From: Levilinea sp.
GTDB lineage: Bacteria > Chloroflexota > Anaerolineae > Anaerolineales > Anaerolineaceae
Length of the DNA stretch: 57,903 bases
Direction: 5' to 3'
Assembly: GCA_036751735.1 (NCBI GenBank)
Contig: DAIOUB010000002.1
Span: forward strand, 21,938-79,840
In this document: in pieces, positions 48,927 through 57,508 of the stretch
How positions within the stretch are numbered: the stretch's first letter is position 1
Layout: every line of letters starts with the position of its first letter
Position numbers and translations under genes: made by a program
The notes under the pieces: generated by a model
Databases searched by the model: none
Seen by the model: only the letters and a program-made list of their open reading frames with translations
What the model was told of the DNA's origin: nothing

Positions 48927-49477
48927 GGCTGCACTCCAATTTTCGCCAGATAATCTAAAAATAACTGCCGGTTGAGTTCACCTACATGCTGCGCGCGTAA
49001 AACGCCTTCTGCGTCCACAAAAAACGTTGTTGGCAGCCCCCTCACCATCAACTGCTTTTGCATATCCTTGTTTTCGTCCAACAGAATCGGGAAGGTCAGC
49101 CCCACCGAATCTGCAAAACTTTCTGCTGTCTCCCGGTTCTCCTCTGGATTCACGGCCAGAATTACAAATTCACCGGGCTGTTCGGAATAGATCTCTTGAA
49201 AAACGTGCATTTCTTTCTTGCAGGGTTCACACCACGATGCCCAAAAGTTAATCACCACCGGTGTCCCGCGAAAATCACTCAGCCGCACCTTCTCGCCGTC
49301 CAGCCGCGTCAGCTCATAATCACCGATCGGCAGACCGCGCTCCGGGGGGCGCTGCCGCCCAGCTCCGCTCGCAGTCTCACGCGGCACCAGGCTGGGAGCA
49401 AGAATCCCCCAACCGATGATGCCCCCCATCACAAACCCAATCAAGAGGATGAACGCGATTTTTTTCACGCCCTGCAC
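48923..49477 (-). CDS. TlpA/ResA-like membrane-anchored thiol-disulfide reductase
   Basis: N-terminal TM; NFWASWCEPC and LPTTFF.D..G motifs. Confidence 0.92.
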   Translation of the reverse strand: MQGVKKIAFILLIGFVMGGIIGWGILAPSLVPRETASGAGRQRPPERGLPIGDYELTRLDGEKVRLSDFRGTPVVINFWASWCEPCKKEMHVFQEIYSEQPGEFVILAVNPEENRETAESFADSVGLTFPILLDENKDMQKQLMVRGLPTTFFVDAEGVLRAQHVGELNRQLFLDYLAKIGVQP

Positions 49478-49480
49478 CCA

Positions 49481-50200
49481 TCACAGGCCCAGATCAATCC
49501 AGGGCGCCCATTGTGCAAGCTGCTGAAAAGTACCCAAAAAGAGCAGAACGCCTACGATCACCATCACCACGCCCATGCCCACTTCCACATAGTGCATCGT
49601 CTTACGGTATTTGCGCAGGATAAACGTCACCCACCCAATCCCCAGCGCAGCGATCAGAAAAGGCACCGCCAGGCCCAGGGAATACACCGCCAGCAGCAGC
49701 ACGCCCTGCCCCAGCGATTCGCCAGTCGCGGCCAGGGTCAAAATCACCCCCAGAGTCGGCCCCACGCAGGGCGACCAGCCAGCCGAGAAGAAGATTCCCA
49801 TCAAGAAAGAGGAGAAGTAGCTCCGCCGCTGATCCAGGCGGGTCTGCGGGCGCAAGTCATATTCCAAAAAGGGAATGCGAAAAATGCCGGTCATGTGCAG
49901 GCCGAACAGGATCACAACCACGCCGCCAATCTTTGCAAGGATCGGGGTGATGTTGTACATTAACTGGCCCAAAAGAGAAGCCACGAGCCCCAGGCTGATG
50001 AACACCAGGCTGAAGCCCAAAACAAACGCAAATCCGTGGAAAAACGTGTTCAGCTTATCCTGTGCGGCGCTGCGCTGGCTCACCGCCGCAGCGGAGCGTC
50101 CGCTCATGTAACTGACGTATGCGGGCACCAGGGAAAACACGCAGGGCGATAAAAAAGAAGCCAGTCCAGCCAGGAATGCAAGACCGAGAGACACCGTCAT
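49481..50200 (-). CDS. ccdA: CcdA (DsbD transmembrane domain) cytochrome c biogenesis protein
   Basis: AG..SF.SPCV..L.P.Y, GWSPCVGP and YSLGL..PF motifs. Confidence 0.93.
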   Translation of the reverse strand: MTVSLGLAFLAGLASFLSPCVFSLVPAYVSYMSGRSAAAVSQRSAAQDKLNTFFHGFAFVLGFSLVFISLGLVASLLGQLMYNITPILAKIGGVVVILFGLHMTGIFRIPFLEYDLRPQTRLDQRRSYFSSFLMGIFFSAGWSPCVGPTLGVILTLAATGESLGQGVLLLAVYSLGLAVPFLIAALGIGWVTFILRKYRKTMHYVEVGMGVVMVIVGVLLFLGTFQQLAQWAPWIDLGL

Positions 50201-50227
50201 CAGGCTCAACCTTTCAGCGAGAACAAA

Positions 50228-51313
50228 TTAAGCCTCAATCACCCGTACCACCGTGCTTGGCTGAGGCCATTGAATGGTGATGTCGCCAGGGTCCCACCCA
50301 ATCTCCGGGGCGGTCCAACGAAACACCCATTTTGAATCTTCCGGCAGGCAGTTCACACATCCGTGTGAGCGCGGGGTTCCAAAGTCGTTGTGCCAGAACG
50401 TCGAGTGAATCGCGACACCCTCGCCCACAAATAAAGTTGTCCAGGGAACGCCCAGGGTATCCCACCCTGATTCGGTGGATCCGCCCTGCATGTGGAAAGA
50501 AATCGCCTTGCGCCAGATCAAATGGTCGCCCAGCGGCGTTGCCCAGGTGTTCACTGCCTCACCTGCCGCGTTGAACTTGCCGCCCGATGAAATCCGGCAG
50601 AAGAACACTTCGCGGTTATCTTCATAGCAAGACAGGATCTGGTGGTTCAAATCCACCACCACTAGCTTATTCTCTACCTCTGGGTTAATCGGCTCCACTT
50701 CTTCGGTGGTTAACGGCCGGAAGGCCTCCGCCGCACACCAGAAGCTGTCCAGTCCGTACCGTTCGGTGACATGGTACAGCACCTGGCCTTGATCGTTCTT
50801 GCGCACATCGTCCACCCACAAAACCTGGCTGTAATACAGGCGCGGTCGTTCCACACTTTGCAGCCAGGGAGAATTGGGCGGGCTTTTCAGGTAAATATCC
50901 ACGTACGGCACAGTGACTTCCGCCCACATGCCCTTGCCCAGGTTGCTGGTCGGCAGGTCAAAAACGGGCTGGTTTGGCCGGTTCCAAACCGGCTGCACCG
51001 ACGGCGCATATAAGTAGCCGTTGGGTGTTTCCACCCACCGTTTGCTGAACACGCCCCCAGGGGCCTCCCCAATCACCTCGCGCAGCCAAACCACCACCGA
51101 ATCTTCATACAGCTTTTCAACAATGGGCGCCTCTGGGTGCGGGCGCGTGCGCAGATTGATCCAGCCGCCTGTACAGTTGCGCCCCAGCCGCTCCGCATCC
51201 GGCCATTCAGCCGCCTGCTGAGTCCATTTCAACCAGGGTTGGACCGCCAGCATCCCAGCGCCAAAGATAGCCCCCTTGATAAATTCGCGTCGTGTGTACC
51301 GTTTTCGATTCAT
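50228..51313 (-). CDS. Tat-exported L,D-transpeptidase (YkuD family) with N-terminal SH3-like region
   Basis: TRREFIK Tat motif; VDL..Q, TP.G and AIH.......G...SHGCVN catalytic motif. Confidence 0.9.
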   Translation of the reverse strand: MNRKRYTRREFIKGAIFGAGMLAVQPWLKWTQQAAEWPDAERLGRNCTGGWINLRTRPHPEAPIVEKLYEDSVVVWLREVIGEAPGGVFSKRWVETPNGYLYAPSVQPVWNRPNQPVFDLPTSNLGKGMWAEVTVPYVDIYLKSPPNSPWLQSVERPRLYYSQVLWVDDVRKNDQGQVLYHVTERYGLDSFWCAAEAFRPLTTEEVEPINPEVENKLVVVDLNHQILSCYEDNREVFFCRISSGGKFNAAGEAVNTWATPLGDHLIWRKAISFHMQGGSTESGWDTLGVPWTTLFVGEGVAIHSTFWHNDFGTPRSHGCVNCLPEDSKWVFRWTAPEIGWDPGDITIQWPQPSTVVRVIEA

Positions 51314-51319
51314 AGGACA

Positions 51320-51348
51320 AAGATAATAGGAAATACCGCCTTTGTCAA
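51320..51348 (-). promoter_or_regulatory. Sigma70 promoter, probably giving a leaderless transcript
   Basis: TTGACA-17 bp-TATCTT ending 6 nt before ATG 51313. Confidence 0.65.
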
Positions 51349-51353
51349 CCTCG

Positions 51354-52901
51354 CTATTGGGCCGTGTCAAAGCCAGTCGGGATGCGCTGCTGCCGGATCA
51401 TCTGCTGAATGGATTCAATTTCCGGTCCCCAAAGAGCATCCCCGGCCTGGTACGGCACTTCCTGCCGGATCGCGCCCAGCGCAGCATGCGTGCCGACCCC
51501 CAACTGTCCGTTGGGGTACTGGCGCAGCCGCAAATCCACCGCCCGCGCTGCCGAGTACAGCTCAATCGCCAGCACATGCGTGGTGTTGTCCACAATTTGC
51601 CGGGCGTGCCGCGCGGCCGTCATCGCGTTCGCGTTGTGATCTTCCTGCTCGCCTGAGGTCGGCAGCGAATGAACGCTGTCTGGCGTGGCCAGGGTTTGAT
51701 TTTCCAAGACCAGGCTGGCCGCCGAATACTGCGGCATCATCAAGCCCGAATTTAACCCCGCCGCATCCATCGAGTCCACCAGCATGGGCGGCAGACCGCC
51801 GTTGAGTTTTCCATCCGTCAGCCGGAAAACCCGCCGTTCCGAGATTGCCGCCAACTCGCTCATTGCGATCCCCAGATAATCCATCACCATCCCAATGGGT
51901 TCGCCGTGGAAGTTCCCGCCTGAGATGGCCACATCCGGATCAAAGATCAGCGGGTTGTCTGTGGCGGCGTTGATCTCCCGCTCCACGATCTTTTCCACAA
52001 ATTCCAACGTATCCCGCACTGGCCCCTGCACCTGCGGGGCGCAGCGCAGAGAATATGCATCCTGTACGCGTCCGGCCTTGTCCAGCAGCGTGCTGCCTTC
52101 CACCACCGAGCGCAAATGCGCCGCGGTTTCCATCTGTCCCACTTGCCCGCGGGCACTGTGTACGCGCTCGTCAAAGGCCGCCGAACACCCCAACAAAGCC
52201 TCCAGGCTCAAACCCAAAGCCACATCTGCCACCTCAACCAGGTAGCGGCTGTCTTCCACCGCAAAGGCCGCCAGCGCCGCGCAGAACGTGGCGCCGTTGT
52301 TCATCGCCAGGCCTTCCTTGGGCCCCAGGATGATGCGTTCAATCCCTGCTTCACGCATCGCCCGCTTGCCGCTCATTACCCGTCCCCCAAATTCTGCCAG
52401 CCCCGATTCTTCTTCGCGGTCGTATTCATCCGTCGTCAGCACCAGGGCCATGTGCGAAAGCGGCGCGAGGTCGCCTGAAGATCCCAGAGACCCCTGCGAA
52501 GGGATCACCGGGGTCACCCCTGCGTTGATCATCGCCAGCAGCGTCTCTACTACCACCGGCCGCACCCCCGAAAAGCCTTTCACCAGCGTGTTCGCCCGCA
52601 CCAGCATCGCCGCGCGCACCACCTCGGTGGGCAGCGCCGGGCCGGTTCCAATCGCATGACTCAAAATCAAGTTCCGGCTCAGGCGTGCTGAATCTTCCTG
52701 AGGGATGCGCTTATCCGCAAAAATACCAAATCCGGTGTTGATTCCATACACCGGGGCACCTTTTTGCAGAATCCCCTGCAGCCGCTGGTGAGATTCGGCG
52801 ATTTGCCGCCTGGCCTGTTCGCTCAGACCCACTTTTTCGCCCCGTCGGGCTGAGCGCACAATCTCAGCTAACGTCAAATGAAAGCCGTCGAGTAGGATCA
52901 T
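51354..52901 (-). CDS. hutH: Histidine ammonia-lyase (MIO family)
   Basis: YGINTGFG, LILSHA (HAL-type His), GS.GSSGDLAP (MIO triad SSG), QDAYSLRC.PQV, DNP, GGNFHG and QEDH; ATG at 52901. Confidence 0.9.
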   Translation of the reverse strand: MILLDGFHLTLAEIVRSARRGEKVGLSEQARRQIAESHQRLQGILQKGAPVYGINTGFGIFADKRIPQEDSARLSRNLILSHAIGTGPALPTEVVRAAMLVRANTLVKGFSGVRPVVVETLLAMINAGVTPVIPSQGSLGSSGDLAPLSHMALVLTTDEYDREEESGLAEFGGRVMSGKRAMREAGIERIILGPKEGLAMNNGATFCAALAAFAVEDSRYLVEVADVALGLSLEALLGCSAAFDERVHSARGQVGQMETAAHLRSVVEGSTLLDKAGRVQDAYSLRCAPQVQGPVRDTLEFVEKIVEREINAATDNPLIFDPDVAISGGNFHGEPIGMVMDYLGIAMSELAAISERRVFRLTDGKLNGGLPPMLVDSMDAAGLNSGLMMPQYSAASLVLENQTLATPDSVHSLPTSGEQEDHNANAMTAARHARQIVDNTTHVLAIELYSAARAVDLRLRQYPNGQLGVGTHAALGAIRQEVPYQAGDALWGPEIESIQQMIRQQRIPTGFDTAQ

Positions 52902-52911
52902 AGCTGTTTCC

Positions 52912-53619
52912 TTAGAGGAGAATAAATCCAAGCAGCACCGCGACGACTGGCACCGTGATGTTATCAATATCTGCAAAGGGGAAAGATTCAACCAACGTTC
53001 CCGCAAATGCGATTACCGTCACCGGCAGTAAAAACCGAGAAAACGGCCCCGCAAAGACCCCTGCGTTCACGTACAGCGCCAGCACCCCCAGGGCAAACAC
53101 CCACCCCCCCAAGAACATGGCTGCCGATCCCGCCCAGGATTTATTCTTCGACCACGGTAAGCGCGTCCCCCCCATACGCTTGCCCAAAATATCCGCCAGG
53201 CCGTCCCCTCCGCACAGCAGCATTAAGGCAATGATCCCAATGGGTGAATCCAGCCAGAACCACAAGGTCAGCACCACAAACACAATGCCGTAAAATAGCG
53301 GCCCGCGTAAGATCTCCCGCCGGTCGCCGTGTCGCGACATCGCGTCCACAGCCGCCTGATCTTTCATCAGGCCCAAACCAACCATAGCAAATTGAATAGT
53401 AATACTCAGAGGAACCAGGGCAGCCAGCCAGCGCGCATACCACACATCCGGGAACAGCAGCCAGCACAAAACAAAGATCGGGCCAGTTCCCATATGGATG
53501 ATCTTTCGGCTCAATGGGCCGCTAATCCACCCTCGGTGAGCCAGGAAATCGTTCAGCCGAAGCCAGAGCAAAGCCATCAGAAAAGTGATTACCAGTGCAA
53601 TCCAGACGTTTCCGAGCAT
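52912..53619 (-). CDS. Phytol/dolichol kinase-like CTP-dependent polyprenol kinase
   Basis: SRK.IH...G, GPL.YG, GDG.A...G, KSW.GS and E......DN..VP motifs. Confidence 0.85.
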   Translation of the reverse strand: MLGNVWIALVITFLMALLWLRLNDFLAHRGWISGPLSRKIIHMGTGPIFVLCWLLFPDVWYARWLAALVPLSITIQFAMVGLGLMKDQAAVDAMSRHGDRREILRGPLFYGIVFVVLTLWFWLDSPIGIIALMLLCGGDGLADILGKRMGGTRLPWSKNKSWAGSAAMFLGGWVFALGVLALYVNAGVFAGPFSRFLLPVTVIAFAGTLVESFPFADIDNITVPVVAVLLGFILL

Positions 53620-53640
53620 GATTCACCTGTCAAAAGTAGA

Positions 53641-54090
53641 TTAGCGGATCCGCTCCCGCCGTTCGATTTCGCGATCCATGTCTTTTTTGGCCAAATCCTG
53701 CCGCTTGTCGTACAGCTTCTTGCCTTTGGCCAGCGCAATTTCCAGCTTGGCCCTTCCATCCTTTAAATAAATCCGTACCGGCACGATCGTCACCCCTTTT
53801 TGCCGCACCGTATCCCAGAGTTTTCGGATTTCACGTTTGTGCATCAAAAGCCGCCGGTCGCGCACCGGGTCGTGGTTGTACCGGCTGGCCGGGTCATAAG
53901 GCGCAATGTGTGCCCCAATCAGCCACACATTTTCGCTGTCCGCGCGCACATAGGCCTCAGACAGGCTCACCTGGCCTGCCCGAATGGATTTGATCTCACT
54001 GCCCTGCAGGGAAATTCCCGCCTCAAAGTGCTCTAATAGGAAGTATTCAAAATTGGCTTTGCGGTTGGTTGCGATGACTTTAATGCCCAT
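53641..54090 (-). CDS. smpB: SsrA-binding protein SmpB
   Basis: NRKA...Y, EAGI.L.G.E.KS.R, R.RRLL.H..EI and GKK.YDKR motifs. Confidence 0.97.
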   Translation of the reverse strand: MGIKVIATNRKANFEYFLLEHFEAGISLQGSEIKSIRAGQVSLSEAYVRADSENVWLIGAHIAPYDPASRYNHDPVRDRRLLMHKREIRKLWDTVRQKGVTIVPVRIYLKDGRAKLEIALAKGKKLYDKRQDLAKKDMDREIERRERIR

Positions 54091-54108
54091 GCAACCATTT
54101 TAACACAT

Positions 54109-55377
54109 CTACCCCCAGCGGAGAATGGCACTGCCCGCCAGAAAACGCCCAATCCCAAAGATCAGCAGTGCCCCCACCAACCCCACCGCCTCAGCCACCA
54201 CCGGGCCGCCCAGCGAGCCAATCAAGATCGCCCCATTGGCCAAAAGGTGATACCAGGCCAAATACGCGGGTTTATCTCCCGCAGGGACTTTCTCCAGTAG
54301 GTAATTGATATACGCCACATTCACGATGGACCAGGCCAGCCCGCCCGCCAGGGATGTGATGCTGAACACTGTCAGCGTTTTGCTGAAAATCAGTAAAATC
54401 GGGTAAAAACACAACAGCGCCACCCCAGCGCCGGTCATCTTCTGATTCCCCCAACGCCCCACCATCCGGCTGCCAAACAACGAGCCGATAAATACCGTCA
54501 CGTAAAACAAGCCGTTGCCCAACCCAATCACCTGGTCGCTCAGTTTCAGCGTGTTCACCATATAAATAGGAAAGATCGGGATCGCCAAGTATTGGAAAAG
54601 GTGGAAGAAAAAGAACAGCAGCAGAGTCCGCCGGAACGGCCCGCCTAATATGTCTACCCGCAGCATTTGCTTTAGATTAAGAAACGCGCTGCGCCGGGCA
54701 GTGTCGGCCGCTGCCCCCATCGGGCTGACCGGAATTGTTTCTTTGGGCCGCACAAACCACAGCTCCACCGAGCTCATCACCGCGCCCACAAACCCAATCG
54801 CAAACACAACCTGATAACCCACAGGGAAGGCCAGGTTTTCTAATAACTGACCGCACACAATAGTGGAAACAATGGTCGTCAGGCTAAAAAAGGCGTTGCG
54901 TACGCCGCTGACATAGCTGCGCCATTCCGCTGGAACCGCCTCGGCAAACAGCGCGTTGAACCCGATATTCAGCACCACCGCCGGCACACTCATTAACAGA
55001 GTCGCCCCAATGATCACCCACACCTGGGTCAGATTATCAAAAAAGAAAGGCAGAAATGGAAAAAACAGGTAAAATCCGCGGTGCAGCACCGCTCCCCAAA
55101 ACACTCCCTGGTGTACCGACCGTTTTTCCAACCAACGCCGCGCGGCAAAGGTGAAGATCAAGGCCACCACCGCGGGCGCCGCCCCAATGAACCCAATCTG
55201 CCCTGAGCTTGCCCCCAGGCGCGTGGCATACACGGTCAAGAAAGCCAGAATACTGCCGTTGAGCACGCCAAACCAGCTGATATCCCGATACAGATGTTTG
55301 AATACCGCCCGGTATTCTTCCGGAACTGGCCGGGACGGGCGAAAAGGACGTAAGATCGTAGAGAACAAGTTTCGCAT
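54109..55377 (-). CDS. MFS transporter
   Basis: About 12 hydrophobic segments in two halves, G..+..R.G loop motif; substrate unknown. Confidence 0.85.
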   Translation of the reverse strand: MRNLFSTILRPFRPSRPVPEEYRAVFKHLYRDISWFGVLNGSILAFLTVYATRLGASSGQIGFIGAAPAVVALIFTFAARRWLEKRSVHQGVFWGAVLHRGFYLFFPFLPFFFDNLTQVWVIIGATLLMSVPAVVLNIGFNALFAEAVPAEWRSYVSGVRNAFFSLTTIVSTIVCGQLLENLAFPVGYQVVFAIGFVGAVMSSVELWFVRPKETIPVSPMGAAADTARRSAFLNLKQMLRVDILGGPFRRTLLLFFFFHLFQYLAIPIFPIYMVNTLKLSDQVIGLGNGLFYVTVFIGSLFGSRMVGRWGNQKMTGAGVALLCFYPILLIFSKTLTVFSITSLAGGLAWSIVNVAYINYLLEKVPAGDKPAYLAWYHLLANGAILIGSLGGPVVAEAVGLVGALLIFGIGRFLAGSAILRWG

Positions 55378-55431
55378 CAAGTTTTACCCAATTTTGGTCA
55401 TTCCACAATTGCTTGAGTATAATTTGAATTC

Positions 55432-56631
55432 ATGCAAACGAAAACCTTTTCAAACTTACAACTTAAAGACGAATTTCTCCTCGACCCTGAGGTGATCTTT
55501 CTTAATCACGGTTCCTTCGGCGCTACCCCTCGCCCAGTCTTTGAAAGTTATCAAAACTGGCAGCGCCGTCTGGAAACCCAGCCGGTGAAATTCCTGGGTC
55601 GTGAAGCCGGCTCCCTCCTGGCCAAATCCAGAACCTCCCTCGGCCGCTATCTGGGTACCCAGGCAGATCAATTGGTTTATGTCACTAATGCGACCACCGG
55701 TCTGAACATCGTCGCCCGCAGCCTGGCCCTGCAGCCTGGCGATGAGGTCCTGACCAGCGATCATGAATACGGTGCGCTGGATCGAACCTGGAAATTCCTC
55801 AGCAAGCAGCTCGGCTTTAAATACATCAACCAGCCCATCCCCCTGCCCCTCACCTCTCCGGCAAAGTTTGTGGAGGACTTTTGGACGGGCGTCACCCCGC
55901 AAACACGGGTCATCTTCCTCAGCCACATCACCTCACCCACCGCGGTCATCTTCCCTGTGGAAGAGATCTGCCAGCGTGCCCGCCAGATGGGCATTCTGAC
56001 CATCATTGACGGCGCCCACGCCCCCGGCCAAATTCCTCTGGCTCTGGATCAATTGGGCGCGGATTTCTATTCCGGTAACCTGCACAAATGGCTGTGCGCG
56101 CCCAAAGGCTCGGCCTTCCTCTACGCCCGCCCCGAAGTCCAACACCTCATCCAACCGCTCATCGTCAGCTGGGGCTGGGAAAGCGAAAACCCGGGCATCT
56201 CTCAATTCGTAGATTACCTGGAATGGGCCGGCACTCGCGACATTTCGGCCTTCCTGGCGGTACCCGATGCCATCAGCTTCCAGTTGGCCCATTCCTGGGA
56301 TGCCATTCGCGCAGAATGTCATCTCTTGGCGGCCAACACCCAAAACGAAATTGCCCGCCTCACCCGGCTGGCCCCCCTGCACAGCCCGGATCCCTATTGG
56401 TTCATGCAGATGGCCTCCTCCCCCCTTCCTGCCCACCTCGATCCGCTCTGGCTCAAAGAAGCCCTTTACGACCGCTTCCACATCGAAGTCCCCGTCATGA
56501 AATGGAAAGATCAGGTGCTGATCCGCTATTCTTTCCAGGCGTATAACAGCCTCGCCGATTCAGAGGCGCTCATTCAAGCCCTCGAAATTCTGCTCGCCGA
56601 GAAAGCACCCCCGCATTCAGTGGTCCCATAA
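55432..56631 (+). CDS. Class V PLP-dependent enzyme (isopenicillin N epimerase / cysteine lyase-like)
   Basis: LNHGSFGA.P, NAT.G.N, HITSPTA, DGAHAPG and NLHKW...PKG (PLP Lys) motifs. Confidence 0.88.
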   Translation: MQTKTFSNLQLKDEFLLDPEVIFLNHGSFGATPRPVFESYQNWQRRLETQPVKFLGREAGSLLAKSRTSLGRYLGTQADQLVYVTNATTGLNIVARSLALQPGDEVLTSDHEYGALDRTWKFLSKQLGFKYINQPIPLPLTSPAKFVEDFWTGVTPQTRVIFLSHITSPTAVIFPVEEICQRARQMGILTIIDGAHAPGQIPLALDQLGADFYSGNLHKWLCAPKGSAFLYARPEVQHLIQPLIVSWGWESENPGISQFVDYLEWAGTRDISAFLAVPDAISFQLAHSWDAIRAECHLLAANTQNEIARLTRLAPLHSPDPYWFMQMASSPLPAHLDPLWLKEALYDRFHIEVPVMKWKDQVLIRYSFQAYNSLADSEALIQALEILLAEKAPPHSVVP

Positions 56632-56643
56632 GGAATCATTTCC

Positions 56644-56868
56644 GTGCGTGATTTGCGCAAGTATGCCCGCCAGACCAACACCCGCCTCATCGTGGGCGGC
56701 GTCTTACTGCTGTTCATCGTCGGCATCGGCCTGATCTATCTTATCTACGGGCCTGCCGCGGCCGGCATGGGATTCTTGTGTATGGGGGTCGGCCTGATCC
56801 CTCTGCTGCTCATCTTCCTCTTCCTTTGGGTGGTCGAATGGGTCACAAAAAAAGCCAATGACAACTGA
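56644..56868 (+). CDS. Small two-TM membrane protein
   Basis: 74 aa with a basic N-terminus and two hydrophobic helices; fills the gap between co-oriented genes. Confidence 0.7.
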   Translation: MRDLRKYARQTNTRLIVGGVLLLFIVGIGLIYLIYGPAAAGMGFLCMGVGLIPLLLIFLFLWVVEWVTKKANDN

Positions 56869-57508
56869 ACCGCAAACCGTTTTGGATCAGGGTTGGATTT
56901 TTCGCATCCGTAAAGGCCAGCCCCAGAGTCATACCGTCCCGCTTCTCCTGCTGCACGGCTGGACCGGGGATGAAACCTCTATGTGGATTTTTACCCAGCA
57001 GCTGCCCGCCGCCGTGCCGATCCTGGCTCCTCGCGCTCCCTTGCCGGCCGTCCCCAGCGGCTACAGCTGGGCCAAAGTCACCCAAGGTGTGCGCTCGCGC
57101 ATGGATGACTTTCTGCCCGCCGCCGCCCAAATGTTAGAGCAGTTCGACCGCCGCCTGAACGAGTTAGGCCTCTCCAACCAGCAGTTCGATTGGATGGGCT
57201 TCAGCCAGGGCTGCGCTTTGGGATATGTGCTTTCTGCTCTTGCCCCCGCGCGCATCCGGCGCGCCGCTGCCCTTTCGGGGTTCATGCCGGCAGGCGTGGA
57301 ACAAGCCCTGCCGGACGGCGCCCTGGGCGCTTCGCACTTCTTCGTCGCTCATGGCTCGTTGGATGAAATCATCCCCATCGAATCAGCCCGTCAAAGCGCC
57401 GCAGTGCTTCAGGCCAAAAGCGCAAAAGTGACCTACTGCGAAAGCACAGTAGGTCACAAGCTCAGCTCTGGTTGTTTTCAGGGGCTGGAAGAGTTCCTCT
57501 CCGTCTAA
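56858..57508 (+). CDS. Alpha/beta hydrolase (phospholipase/carboxylesterase family)
   Basis: LLHG..G, GFSQG nucleophile elbow, HG..D and GH catalytic triad. Confidence 0.9.
   Translation: MTTEPQTVLDQGWIFRIRKGQPQSHTVPLLLLHGWTGDETSMWIFTQQLPAAVPILAPRAPLPAVPSGYSWAKVTQGVRSRMDDFLPAAAQMLEQFDRRLNELGLSNQQFDWMGFSQGCALGYVLSALAPARIRRAAALSGFMPAGVEQALPDGALGASHFFVAHGSLDEIIPIESARQSAAVLQAKSAKVTYCESTVGHKLSSGCFQGLEEFLSV

Noticed and set aside
52898..52912. 15-nt exact match (AGGAAACAGCTATGA on the minus strand) to the lacZ start / M13 reverse primer site
   Set aside because: It is simply the RBS and start of hutH, directly after the upstream stop codon. Flanks are continuous native genes with no other vector sequence, so this is coincidence. 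It could cause mispriming.
52902..53006. Extended hutH start in the ORF track
   Set aside because: It overlaps the upstream kinase gene; homology and the RBS point to ATG 52901.
51354..56631. HAL-like gene, MFS transporter and class V PLP lyase as an ergothioneine pathway
   Set aside because: The genes are split by smpB and orientation, no egtB/egtD is present, and the lyase retains an MIO triad with HAL residues.
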